Of a DNA stretch of 64,000 nucleotides, positions 1-8,814 are shown piece by piece. The position numbers and the translations under genes are program-made. The notes under the pieces were generated by a model. It was not told the origin of the DNA. It did not search any database and saw only the letters and a list, made by a program, of their open reading frames with translations. This stretch comes from a virus. The DNA lies in the IMG/VR virus record IMGVR_UViG_3300003873_000007, positions 28,281-92,280 of that record. The stretch is one strand, 5' to 3'. How positions within the stretch are numbered: position 1 is the stretch's first letter; each line of letters begins with the position of its first letter.

Positions 1-544
1 AAGCACTGGCAAAATTAATTTATTGGGATTAGTAAAAGACAATCCATATATAATTAGTGATAGAACAGGAGGACATAAGGCTGCGGCTGGTGTAAGTTTT
101 CCAGTCAAGGATCTAAATAATTTTTTTCTACAATTAGAAAAAGACACAGCTGCATTAGATCCTGATTTATATTACGATGAATCAAAAGAACCATTTGGTA
201 TGTTAAAACTTAGATTAGTTGATTATCAATTATTAGAGGATATTAATAAATTTCAACCATTTGGTGAACAATTTCAGAAGCCAAGTTTTATGGCGAGTGG
301 AAAATTTACAAAAGTTTCAAAGATAGGAAAGCAAAAAAATCATTATACTTTAGAAATACAAGATGGGCTTGGATGTAAACTTAGAGGAGTATGGTTTTTC
401 TTCGAAGAAGAATTAGAAAAAAATACAAATTATACTTTTATATTTACCATAAATAAAGATGATTTTAAAAACGATGATCCAGAAGCGATTGTACTCCATA
501 TAAAAGAAATCGTAAATGTTTTAGATTATAAATTTGAAGAATGA
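1..544 (+). CDS. recJ: RecJ-like ssDNA exonuclease, C-terminal part (gene begins upstream of the window)
   Basis: DHHA1 motif GGHKAAAG followed by a RecJ-type 'QPFGEQFQKPSF' segment and an OB-like C-terminus; the frame is open to the window edge. Confidence 0.75.
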   Translation, partial: STGKINLLGLVKDNPYIISDRTGGHKAAAGVSFPVKDLNNFFLQLEKDTAALDPDLYYDESKEPFGMLKLRLVDYQLLEDINKFQPFGEQFQKPSFMASGKFTKVSKIGKQKNHYTLEIQDGLGCKLRGVWFFFEEELEKNTNYTFIFTINKDDFKNDDPEAIVLHIKEIVNVLDYKFEE

Positions 545-1233
545 AACAAGTCGATAAATTTATAATCCGAGCTAATCAAAAATTTAATCAAAAGTTTTTA
601 TATGATAAAGACAGTTATGTATCATATAGAATTAATATGAAAATATATTGTCCTATTCATAAATGGTTTCTTCAGCAGCCTAATGTGCATATGAGATCAA
701 AATTTGGTTGTAAATTGTGTAGCGATGAATCATTTAAATATGATATATTAAAATTTACAACACAATCAAATGAAATACACAATAATCGATATAACTATAG
801 TAAAGTAATTTTAAAAAATTATAAAAGTGATATAATTATAATATGCCCAATTCATGGAGATTTTATATCAAGTGCAGATAGACATATAAATTCAAAAAAT
901 GGCTGTCCAAAATGTAATATATCAAAGGGAGAATTATGGACTAAAAAATTTTTAGAGAAGCATAAAATAAAATTTATAGAACAATATACATTTGCTGATT
1001 GTGTAAATGTGTTAACTATGAAAAAATTAAGATTTGATTTTTATTTAACAGATTATAATATTTGTATTGAATTTGATGGTATTCAACATTTTCAACATAA
1101 TATTTTTTTTGGAGACATAAAAAAATTTAAGTCGATGCAAATCAATGATTTGACAAAAGATCAATATTGTGATAAACACAATATTCAATTAATTAGAATT
1201 GATTACAATTTTAATCTAACTTTACAAACATAA
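541..1233 (+). CDS. Free-standing homing endonuclease-like protein (CPxHG..GCPKC repeats plus C-terminal PD-(D/E)xK/Vsr-like domain)
   Basis: Two CPIH...GCxxC repeats and FDFYLTDYNICIEFDGIQHF; paralogous to 16246, 23125 and 56129. Confidence 0.75.
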   Translation: MKQVDKFIIRANQKFNQKFLYDKDSYVSYRINMKIYCPIHKWFLQQPNVHMRSKFGCKLCSDESFKYDILKFTTQSNEIHNNRYNYSKVILKNYKSDIIIICPIHGDFISSADRHINSKNGCPKCNISKGELWTKKFLEKHKIKFIEQYTFADCVNVLTMKKLRFDFYLTDYNICIEFDGIQHFQHNIFFGDIKKFKSMQINDLTKDQYCDKHNIQLIRIDYNFNLTLQT

Positions 1234-1243
1234 GGAAAATGTA

Positions 1244-1684
1244 ATGGAAAATAAAGAAATAAAAGATAATGCGAAATTAGGTTTAAAAATAGGTTTAGCT
1301 TTTTTAATAGTTGTATTTATTTTATCAATTGTGATAAATATAATGGGATGGTTTGGTTCAGCTGCTGATGTAGCTAAAAAAGAATTTGGACCTCAAGCAT
1401 CATTAACAAAATACGAATGGTTTATAACTTCATCAGAAGAAATAAAAAAATTAGATTCAGATATCAATGTATATAGTGAGAAAATGAACACTATGTGCCA
1501 AACAAACGACAGAGGAACTTTAGATAGAATATCTAGAGAAGAGTGTATGATTTGGGCTCAAGAAGTAGCTGGATTAAAATCAGCATATAATGATTTAGTT
1601 GCTGAATATAACGCACAAGGTTCAAAATTTAACTGGAACATGTATAACACGAAACATATTGAAACATCGTTTAGAAGAAAATAA
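1244..1684 (+). CDS. Membrane-anchored hypothetical protein
   Basis: One N-terminal hydrophobic helix, then a helical soluble part; AAGGA RBS. Confidence 0.5.
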   Translation: MENKEIKDNAKLGLKIGLAFLIVVFILSIVINIMGWFGSAADVAKKEFGPQASLTKYEWFITSSEEIKKLDSDINVYSEKMNTMCQTNDRGTLDRISREECMIWAQEVAGLKSAYNDLVAEYNAQGSKFNWNMYNTKHIETSFRRK

Positions 1685-1914
1685 TGATTTATATTAACAT
1701 ATTATTATTATTATTTATATTGATATACGGTTTAGCAGTTGGGTTAAAAAATGTTTTTATAAGAATATATAGTATCTTAACTTTAACACACTTAAATCAA
1801 AGTTTAAGTGGTAGATTATTAGATGCAGGTTTTATTGTATCAATATTATATTTATATTTTTTTCAACTAGAGTTTATTACATTTGTAATTTCAAAAATTA
1901 ATTAAGGATATACA

Positions 1915-3933
1915 ATGACAGATTTAGAATTTAAATTATTTACAGACGCGGTAGAAAAACAGTATAATGTATTAGAAAAAAGTAGAGAACTATATGAAGT
2001 TGATGTAAATAGAGAATCGTTATATACATTTTATTTAAATGCATTTCCAGAAGGAACAAATGTTGTTTTTAAAGAACGATTAGAGTATGATTGTAACACA
2101 TGTAAAAATTTTATCAGAGATGTTGGAAATGTGGTTATGATTCAAGATGATAAACTTGTTACAGTTTGGGATGATTTGGATGTTCCTGGATATTATAAAA
2201 TTGTTGCTGATAAAATGGCAGAATTTGTAAAAAGTTTTAAAATTAAAAACATCTTTTCACATTTTGAAAAGAAAGTAGGATGTGCGGTAACACATGGAGA
2301 GCCAGATGAAACCGGTTTTGTTAAAGAATGGAATCATTTCCATGCTAAAATTGATAATAAATATTATAAACGAACTGCTGGTGAAGTTGGATTAACTAGA
2401 GATAAAGTTCATATTTTCAAGAGAGGATTAACAGAAATTCGCCTTTCTGATGTTGAATTGGTTTTAGAACTAATATCTCAAAAATCATTAGAGAGAGGAG
2501 AAGAAAAAAAAGATATTTTATTAGCATTTAAAAAATTAAAAGAAGAGATAGATCCAAATTTAGACGAAAATCAATATAATATTTTTATTTGGAAAAATTA
2601 TATGAAATTTGGTGCTCAAATTTTTAAAGATGTAATTGGAACATTATTAAAAGATTTGAAAGATGGTGAAGAATTAGATGTCGCTGCAAATAAATTTGAA
2701 TCAAAAATGGTTGGGTATAAAAGACCTATGACACATAAAGTTACTCCTCTGATGATAAAAAAAGCGCTAGAAAAAATTGATTCTCTAGGAATTAGAAAAT
2801 CATTATATAGAAGACCAGCTGTTATATCAGATGTGTCTGTAAATAATGTATTGTTTGTTGATAGAAATGTTTCTCCTTTAATGAAAGATGATTTACAAGA
2901 ATCTTTATTAAAAGAAGTAAAACAAAAACCAGTTAATTTATCAAAAGTTGAAGAAATTTCAATTGATGATTTTGTTAATAACGTGTTGCCAAATATTGAT
3001 TCAATGGAAGCATTGTTTGAAAATAAGCATGCTTCTAATTTGGTACAATTAATTGCTCCCTTACATGAGGATGCTCCAAATATTTTAAAATGGGATAATA
3101 ATTTTACTTGGAGCTACAAAGGAAATGTAACGGATTCAATTAAAGAAAGAGTAAAAGCTGCAGGTGGAAATATTGATGCAGTATTGCGTTTTAGTATCCA
3201 ATGGAACGATGGTGATAATAACCAAAATGATTTTGATGCACACTGTATTGAACCAAATAATCACTTAATATATTATTCTAATAAAGGAATTAAACATGAA
3301 TCATCAGGAATGTTAGATATTGATATTCAAAATCCTGGTAATTCAATAGCGGTTGAAAATATAACATGGACAAATTTAAATAGTATGCCTGATGGTAAAT
3401 ATGAAATGATTGTTCATAACTTCGCTCATAGAGGAGGTAAAACTGGATTTACTGCACAAATTGAATTTAATAATATTATTTATGATTTTACATATGATAA
3501 AGAATTGAATAATGATGAAAAAGTTAAAGTAGCAACAATCACAAAAACGGGTAATATATTAGAAATTGAATCACATATTCAATCAAATCACACTTCAACT
3601 GATACATGGAATATTAAATCAGAAATGTTTCAAAAAGTTAATTTATTAACAATTTCTCCAAATTATTGGGATGATCAAAAAATTGGAAATAAACATTTCT
3701 TTTTCATTTTAGAAAATGCTTTGAATGATGAAGCCCCACGTGGATTCTACAATGAATTTCTAAAAAGTGAATTTGATAAAGAACGAAAAGTATTTGAGAT
3801 GTTAGGTGATAAAACAAAATGTGAAATATCAGATAATCAATTAAGTGGATTAGGATTTTCTACAACTAAACGAAATACTTTAATTGTAAAAGTATCTGGT
3901 AATTTTACAAGAACATTAAAAATCAAATTTTAA
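1915..3933 (+). CDS. Large phage protein with C-terminal YfaP/DUF2135- or TerD-like domain
   Basis: 672 aa; CNTC near the N-terminus; LRFSIQWN..DFDAHCIEP..GMLDID..AVENITW pattern. Confidence 0.45.
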   Translation: MTDLEFKLFTDAVEKQYNVLEKSRELYEVDVNRESLYTFYLNAFPEGTNVVFKERLEYDCNTCKNFIRDVGNVVMIQDDKLVTVWDDLDVPGYYKIVADKMAEFVKSFKIKNIFSHFEKKVGCAVTHGEPDETGFVKEWNHFHAKIDNKYYKRTAGEVGLTRDKVHIFKRGLTEIRLSDVELVLELISQKSLERGEEKKDILLAFKKLKEEIDPNLDENQYNIFIWKNYMKFGAQIFKDVIGTLLKDLKDGEELDVAANKFESKMVGYKRPMTHKVTPLMIKKALEKIDSLGIRKSLYRRPAVISDVSVNNVLFVDRNVSPLMKDDLQESLLKEVKQKPVNLSKVEEISIDDFVNNVLPNIDSMEALFENKHASNLVQLIAPLHEDAPNILKWDNNFTWSYKGNVTDSIKERVKAAGGNIDAVLRFSIQWNDGDNNQNDFDAHCIEPNNHLIYYSNKGIKHESSGMLDIDIQNPGNSIAVENITWTNLNSMPDGKYEMIVHNFAHRGGKTGFTAQIEFNNIIYDFTYDKELNNDEKVKVATITKTGNILEIESHIQSNHTSTDTWNIKSEMFQKVNLLTISPNYWDDQKIGNKHFFFILENALNDEAPRGFYNEFLKSEFDKERKVFEMLGDKTKCEISDNQLSGLGFSTTKRNTLIVKVSGNFTRTLKIKF

Positions 3934-3986
3934 GGAGTATTTAAAAATTTTAGCTTGAGTTGAGAAGTATCTCTAAATTAAAAAAG

Positions 3987-4006
3987 GATCTTTATCGATA
4001 AAGATC
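3987..4006. repeat. Palindromic repeat copy 1 (GATCTTTATCGATAAAGATC)
   Basis: Perfect 20-bp palindrome, intergenic, just upstream of the RBS of 4030. Confidence 0.9.
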
Positions 4007-4029
4007 ATTTTAACAAAAAGGAATATAAA

Positions 4030-4425
4030 ATGGAAAAGAGATTTGAAAGAGCGATGAGAGAAGGAATTACATTTAACACAACAATCGGTTTACTAACAAC
4101 TGAAGATATGTGGAGAATCCCTCTTCGTTCAAATGATAAATTAAATTTAGATGAAATCACAAGTGCTGTTGATGAAGAAATTCAAAAGTCTTCTAAAAAA
4201 AGTTTTGTTGATAAACAAACCAATGCTGATGAAATACTTGAACTCAAGATGGATATATTAAAATATATTATTGATGTGAAATTGAAAGAAGAGGAAGAAA
4301 AGAAAAATGCTAATTTAAAAAAAGAAAAGAGAAAACGTTTATTAGCATTAAGAGCAGCAAAACAAAATGATTTGGATAGCAATAAATCATTAGAAGAAAT
4401 TGATGCTGAGTTAGCAGAGTTATAA
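4030..4425 (+). CDS. Hypothetical coiled-coil protein
   Basis: 131 aa with AAGGA RBS; flanked on both sides by the palindrome. Confidence 0.5.
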   Translation: MEKRFERAMREGITFNTTIGLLTTEDMWRIPLRSNDKLNLDEITSAVDEEIQKSSKKSFVDKQTNADEILELKMDILKYIIDVKLKEEEEKKNANLKKEKRKRLLALRAAKQNDLDSNKSLEEIDAELAEL

Positions 4426-4445
4426 AACATAAATATAAAAAAATG

Positions 4446-4463
4446 ATCTTTATCGATAAAGAT
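4446..4463. repeat. Palindromic repeat copy 2 (ATCTTTATCGATAAAGAT)
   Basis: Perfect 18-bp palindrome, intergenic, upstream of the RBS of 4480. Confidence 0.9.
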
Positions 4464-4479
4464 AAAAAAAGGAAATGAA

Positions 4480-5082
4480 ATGAAAAATTTTACAATATTA
4501 ATTACAATCGCAATAGCATTCTATTTTACCGGATGTAATTTCGAACAACATTCAACACCTAAATCAAATTCAGGCGTTAAACAAGCTAAGGCTCAAGTTA
4601 AAGTACAAAGCAATGGTTTAACATTCGAACAGAGTAATGTTAAAAAACGTGCAGAGTTTGAAAATAAACCAGGAAGCATTAAACATTTATATATTATTAG
4701 TCCATATACAGGACAAGTATTAATTTATAGTACAGTTAAAGGTAAAGTAACAAGCTCAGGAAAGAGATTAACACCACGTTCAGTATTAGTTGCAAATGCA
4801 AACTCTGGTGCGCATACACAAGGAATTTCAGTTAATATTGGTGGTTCTAATTATAAAACAGGAGAAGTTCTTGGTGATGATGGAACATATGGAAGTTCAA
4901 TTCCTTATATTTATTGGTGGGATGTAAATAATCGTTATCATCAACATTTTATCATGGGTGGACAAATTATTCATATTTCAAATAAACCAATTGCTGTAAA
5001 AAGTGTTACTATTAATATGGAATTGTCACAAACCAACGAAGATGATGATTTAAAATATAAGAATATAAAGCCAAAAAAATAA
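4480..5082 (+). CDS. Putative lipoprotein
   Basis: MKN + hydrophobic stretch + FTGC lipobox-like signal. Confidence 0.6.
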   Translation: MKNFTILITIAIAFYFTGCNFEQHSTPKSNSGVKQAKAQVKVQSNGLTFEQSNVKKRAEFENKPGSIKHLYIISPYTGQVLIYSTVKGKVTSSGKRLTPRSVLVANANSGAHTQGISVNIGGSNYKTGEVLGDDGTYGSSIPYIYWWDVNNRYHQHFIMGGQIIHISNKPIAVKSVTINMELSQTNEDDDLKYKNIKPKK

Positions 5083-5083
5083 T

Positions 5084-5632
5084 ATGAGTTTATTTATATG
5101 TTTCGAATGTGGATGTATAGAAAATACTAATTGTTGTCATCATGGAGTAAAATTTGATGACAACGGGAATAAGATTAAAAATGGTTTTAGAAATTGGGGA
5201 ATCATGCAGATGTATGGGTGGAGAGATGAAGAACATCGTGAGAAAAAAAATTATCCGACTCATATGTTATGTTCGGAATGTAACACTGGAACTTGGCACA
5301 ATGAATGGGAAAAAAGTTATCCAAATGATATAGAGATTGCTATGGCAAATGATTTAGAAGACAAGGTATATACTAGTCATCCCCTTTATAAAAAATTAGA
5401 GAAATCTAATAATTACACTTTAAAACAATTTGAAGAAGATAATAAAAATAGAAAACTTCAAGACAAAATTGGTAAAAAGGTAAAAAAAAGTTTTAAAGAA
5501 CATACTTCTGATATGTCTTGGATGTATCAGAGTCATGAACCATACATAAGAGAAGAACCAAAAATTGGAAGAAACTCTATATGTTTATGCGGGTCTGGTA
5601 AAAAATATAAAAAATGTTGCAAGGATAAATAA
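5084..5632 (+). CDS. Cys-rich protein with C-terminal SEC-C metal-binding motif
   Basis: KIGRNSICLCGSGKKYKKCC at the C-terminus; CFECGC and CSEC motifs. Confidence 0.75.
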   Translation: MSLFICFECGCIENTNCCHHGVKFDDNGNKIKNGFRNWGIMQMYGWRDEEHREKKNYPTHMLCSECNTGTWHNEWEKSYPNDIEIAMANDLEDKVYTSHPLYKKLEKSNNYTLKQFEEDNKNRKLQDKIGKKVKKSFKEHTSDMSWMYQSHEPYIREEPKIGRNSICLCGSGKKYKKCCKDK

Positions 5633-6045
5633 TGAAAAAAATTAGGAGATATAATGGTAAGATATGATCAAACGGATATAAAAAAAGATATAGAAGATAC
5701 GGATACAAAAGAATTGGTTACAATTGATCTAAAACATATGCAAAAAATTGTTCAATTGTTTAAAAAAGAAATATCTGCACTAGAAGTAAATAATGTAAAT
5801 ATTGTAAAAAATATATCAAAAGATACAATTGTATTAAATGATATAATAACACTTGATATGTTAATCAATAAGTTAGGAACTGCTGTTGAATCAAAAACTG
5901 AATTTATTAAAAATTTTTACATGTATAGACTTGATAGATATATTAATGAGGCATATGGTAAACCAGTTACAGCAATTCAAGAATTTCCATATAGTTTTAA
6001 TGTTGGAAATAATGAAAATATTATAAAATTTGAGTTTATTTAGTT

Positions 6046-6085
6046 ATCTAAAAAGATAACTAAAACTATTATAGAAATTATACAT
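6046..6085 (+). promoter_or_regulatory. Putative phage promoter ATCT-AWAA-AGAT-N14-TAGAAAT (copy 1)
   Basis: Same bipartite motif with an identical 14-nt spacer at 43333 and 53464, each upstream of an RBS. Confidence 0.55.
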
Positions 6086-6111
6086 ATCTACAAAAACTAA
6101 GGAAATATAAC

Positions 6112-7130
6112 ATGGAACAAATCACACCAGCCGGAATTCAAATAGACATTGAAGCAGCAACTCAAGTAGTAACTCCTCAACCAGTAGCTCAAGTAGTAAC
6201 TCCTCAACCAGTAGCTCAAGTAGTAACTCCTCAACCAGTAGCTCAAGTAGTACTCAAGTAGTAACTCCTCAACCAGTAGCAGTAGCTCAAACAATGGACC
6301 CTGAAAATCCATTACATGTGAAACCAACACCTGTTGGAGAAGAAGTAGCTGAACTAGTTAAACAAGAAGTCCTACAAAACGAAGAGTTAGAAGGAACGGA
6401 AATTGCTAGTATTGATAGTAGTTTCTGGGATTCTTTTTTAAAATTAATTGAAGTTGTTTCTACTGATTTAGAGCCTACCGATGTAGTTTCTATAAATAAA
6501 GGTAAATTATTGATCGCTAAAGGATCAGGCGCAATTTATGGTGACCTAACTGATATATTTGGCAATCATACGTGGAACATAAAAGATCCAAATAATACAT
6601 TAAAAAAATTAAAACTTATCTCAGGTGGTGAAAAAGTTACGATTATGGACGCAGCAAAATCAAATCTAGTATATTCATCAGTTAAAGGCGTAGTAAAATC
6701 AAATATCAATATTGTAAAAACTGATATTGATAATATCCAAACAGTTGAACGCATTGACCCAGGTGAACTAAAACATACATTTAAAATCAATAAAAATGAA
6801 GTATCTCGAATGTCAAATGCTAAAAAAGTTTTAGGAGCCCCATCTTTCAATATAATTATTGATGTTAATACATTTGAAGTGCTTAGTATAAATATCAACT
6901 CAGAGATCAGTTATAAATTTATTGATGCAGCAGGAAGAGAGACTATGAGATATAAAGCAATTACTTTATTTCCTGTACCAAAAGTTGATACAGATTTAGT
7001 ATTTGAAGTATATTCAAAAGACAAAGATATTTACATTAAAACTATATCTAACATTACAGTAACTGTATTAACTTACCAAGTTCGAGCAATCAAAAATCCA
7101 GACATTCAATTAGATTTTAACGATTATTAA
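6112..7130 (+). CDS. Putative sliding clamp (T4 gp45-like) with N-terminal QVVTPQPVA repeats; frameshifted at ~6252 as sequenced
   Basis: Directly upstream of the clamp loader, with a helix/strand pattern resembling gp45. ATG 6112 has an AAGGA RBS but stops at 6261 because of an 11-nt partial repeat; the downstream frame 6294..7130 is intact. Confidence 0.5.
6161..6279 (+). repeat. 27-bp tandem repeat CTCAAGTAGTAACTCCTCAACCAGTAG (4 full copies plus one 11-nt partial copy)
   Basis: Units start at 6161, 6188, 6215 and 6253; partial unit at 6242-6252. Confidence 0.9.
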
Positions 7131-7144
7131 GAATAGGTTTTATA

Positions 7145-8176
7145 ATGGAAAATTTAATGCAAAAACCATGGTTCGAAAAACATAGACCTCAAGTAATTGA
7201 TGATGTTGTTTTTGAATCACCTGAGGTTGAAAAAAAAATTAAAGGTTTTGTTGAACAAGGTTGGATTCAAGGAAATATTATTTCCTTTGGTCCAGGTGGG
7301 GTAGGAAAAACAACAATTAATAAAATATTATTACATAGTATAGTAAAAAGTACACATGATTATTTTATTTTAAGTAAAAGTGTTTCAGATATTGATAAAT
7401 TAAATTCATGGTTACTTGATGGTGCAGTATCATCGAAGCAACGTATTGTTATATGTGAAGAGTTTGATCGATTAAGCCCTCAAGCACAAACTGCTTTAAA
7501 AGATGGGTTAATGGAAAGGTATATGCCGAAAGTAGCATATATCGTTACGACGAATAATATTCATGGAATTGATAGCGCTTTACTTCAACGATTTAATGAA
7601 AAATTAAATTTTACAAGTTTTAACGTAGATGGTGTTTATTTTCGAATGAAAAAAATATTAGATCTAGAAAATGTTAAATATGAGGATAATGATCTATATG
7701 CTGTTGTGATGTCATTTGAACATAAAGGTATTAGAGAATTATTAAATAATCTACAAGGTGGAACAATCAATGGTGAATTTAAATCTAGCAATTTGACCAA
7801 TAATGTATTAAGTTCATCTGGAGTAGAAGAAGCAATTATTTCATATATAAAATTTTTTATCCAATACATAATGACATTAACACCAGATGTTATATATCCA
7901 ATATGTACTATACCAAATTCCGATCCAAATATAGCAAAACATTATAATCCTATGATTGAGTTTATGGAGAAAGATCCAAGTATTAATTATGAATATATTT
8001 ATAAAAATTTATTGAATGATGTTGATATTTTACTTCCATTGAAACATATTTTTACAAAATATTATCAAGAATTGAAATTGATACCTATGCCAAATATACA
8101 TCTACAGTCGTGTTTATTTGAAGTATTTACAACATTGTACACATTACGAGGTGGAGAAAAAAAGTTAATCCATTAA
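7145..8176 (+). CDS. Clamp loader AAA+ subunit (RFC small / T4 gp44-like)
   Basis: PWFEKHRP (RFC box II), Walker A GPGGVGKTT, Walker B ICEEFD, ALLQRF arginine finger. Confidence 0.9.
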   Translation: MENLMQKPWFEKHRPQVIDDVVFESPEVEKKIKGFVEQGWIQGNIISFGPGGVGKTTINKILLHSIVKSTHDYFILSKSVSDIDKLNSWLLDGAVSSKQRIVICEEFDRLSPQAQTALKDGLMERYMPKVAYIVTTNNIHGIDSALLQRFNEKLNFTSFNVDGVYFRMKKILDLENVKYEDNDLYAVVMSFEHKGIRELLNNLQGGTINGEFKSSNLTNNVLSSSGVEEAIISYIKFFIQYIMTLTPDVIYPICTIPNSDPNIAKHYNPMIEFMEKDPSINYEYIYKNLLNDVDILLPLKHIFTKYYQELKLIPMPNIHLQSCLFEVFTTLYTLRGGEKKLIH

Positions 8177-8239
8177 GAAATTGTAGAACTATAATTGAGA
8201 AATACAAAAAGTTAACATAGAAATATATATAACAAGAAG

Positions 8240-8384
8240 AAGACTTTTACAACTAATAGGTCTTATGCTATATAATATAGTTGGTCATCGATGACAACTA
8301 TATTACATTAGTATAAGTCGCTTGAAGTTATAGTAAGTCTTACTTATTTATTCAAAAAAATAATTTACCTGCCTGTCAGGTAAA
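8240..8384 (+). other. Structured leader or possible ncRNA: ~100-nt imperfect hairpin plus a small hairpin
   Basis: Nested inverted repeats AAGACTT/AAGTCTT, CTTATGCTA/TAGTATAAG, TAATATAGTT/AACTATATTA around GTCATCGATGAC; second stem TTTACCTG/CAGGTAAA at 8364-8384. Confidence 0.55.
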
Positions 8385-8405
8385 AATTAAACCAAGAGAG
8401 TTAAT

Positions 8406-8798
8406 ATGATAAATATTTTACAATTAGTTAAAGAACCAAAAGATTTTGATACTATGGTATCAAGAAAGACTGGAGCTATCGATTTTATAGTTGAAGGAGT
8501 TGTTGTTAATAAAAAATCTGGTAAAGGATATAATGTTGAGGTTCATATGGATACAAAAAAATTAGAGAAAACAAGCAATCTAAAAGTTGCTTGTTCTTGT
8601 GATGATTTTCAGTATAGATGGGCATATGTTTTATTTCAAAAAGGAGCATTACTTAATCCTAGAAAATATGTATTAGAACCTCCAAAAAAGACAAATCCTG
8701 ATCAAAATATAAATGCATGTAAACACATTCATACTTTTTTAAAGGTTGAATTAGATAAATCACTTAAAACTTTTAGTAATAAAAAAGGCAGTTTATAA
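8406..8798 (+). CDS. SWIM zinc-finger protein
   Basis: VACSCDDF...ACKHIH (CxC...CxH). Confidence 0.7.
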   Translation: MINILQLVKEPKDFDTMVSRKTGAIDFIVEGVVVNKKSGKGYNVEVHMDTKKLEKTSNLKVACSCDDFQYRWAYVLFQKGALLNPRKYVLEPPKKTNPDQNINACKHIHTFLKVELDKSLKTFSNKKGSL

Positions 8799-8814
8799 TG
8801 AATAAGGATATTAA

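Noticed and set aside
6097-6330. Minus-strand ORF with LSYWLRSYY repeats
   Set aside because: Antisense reading of the 27-bp repeat
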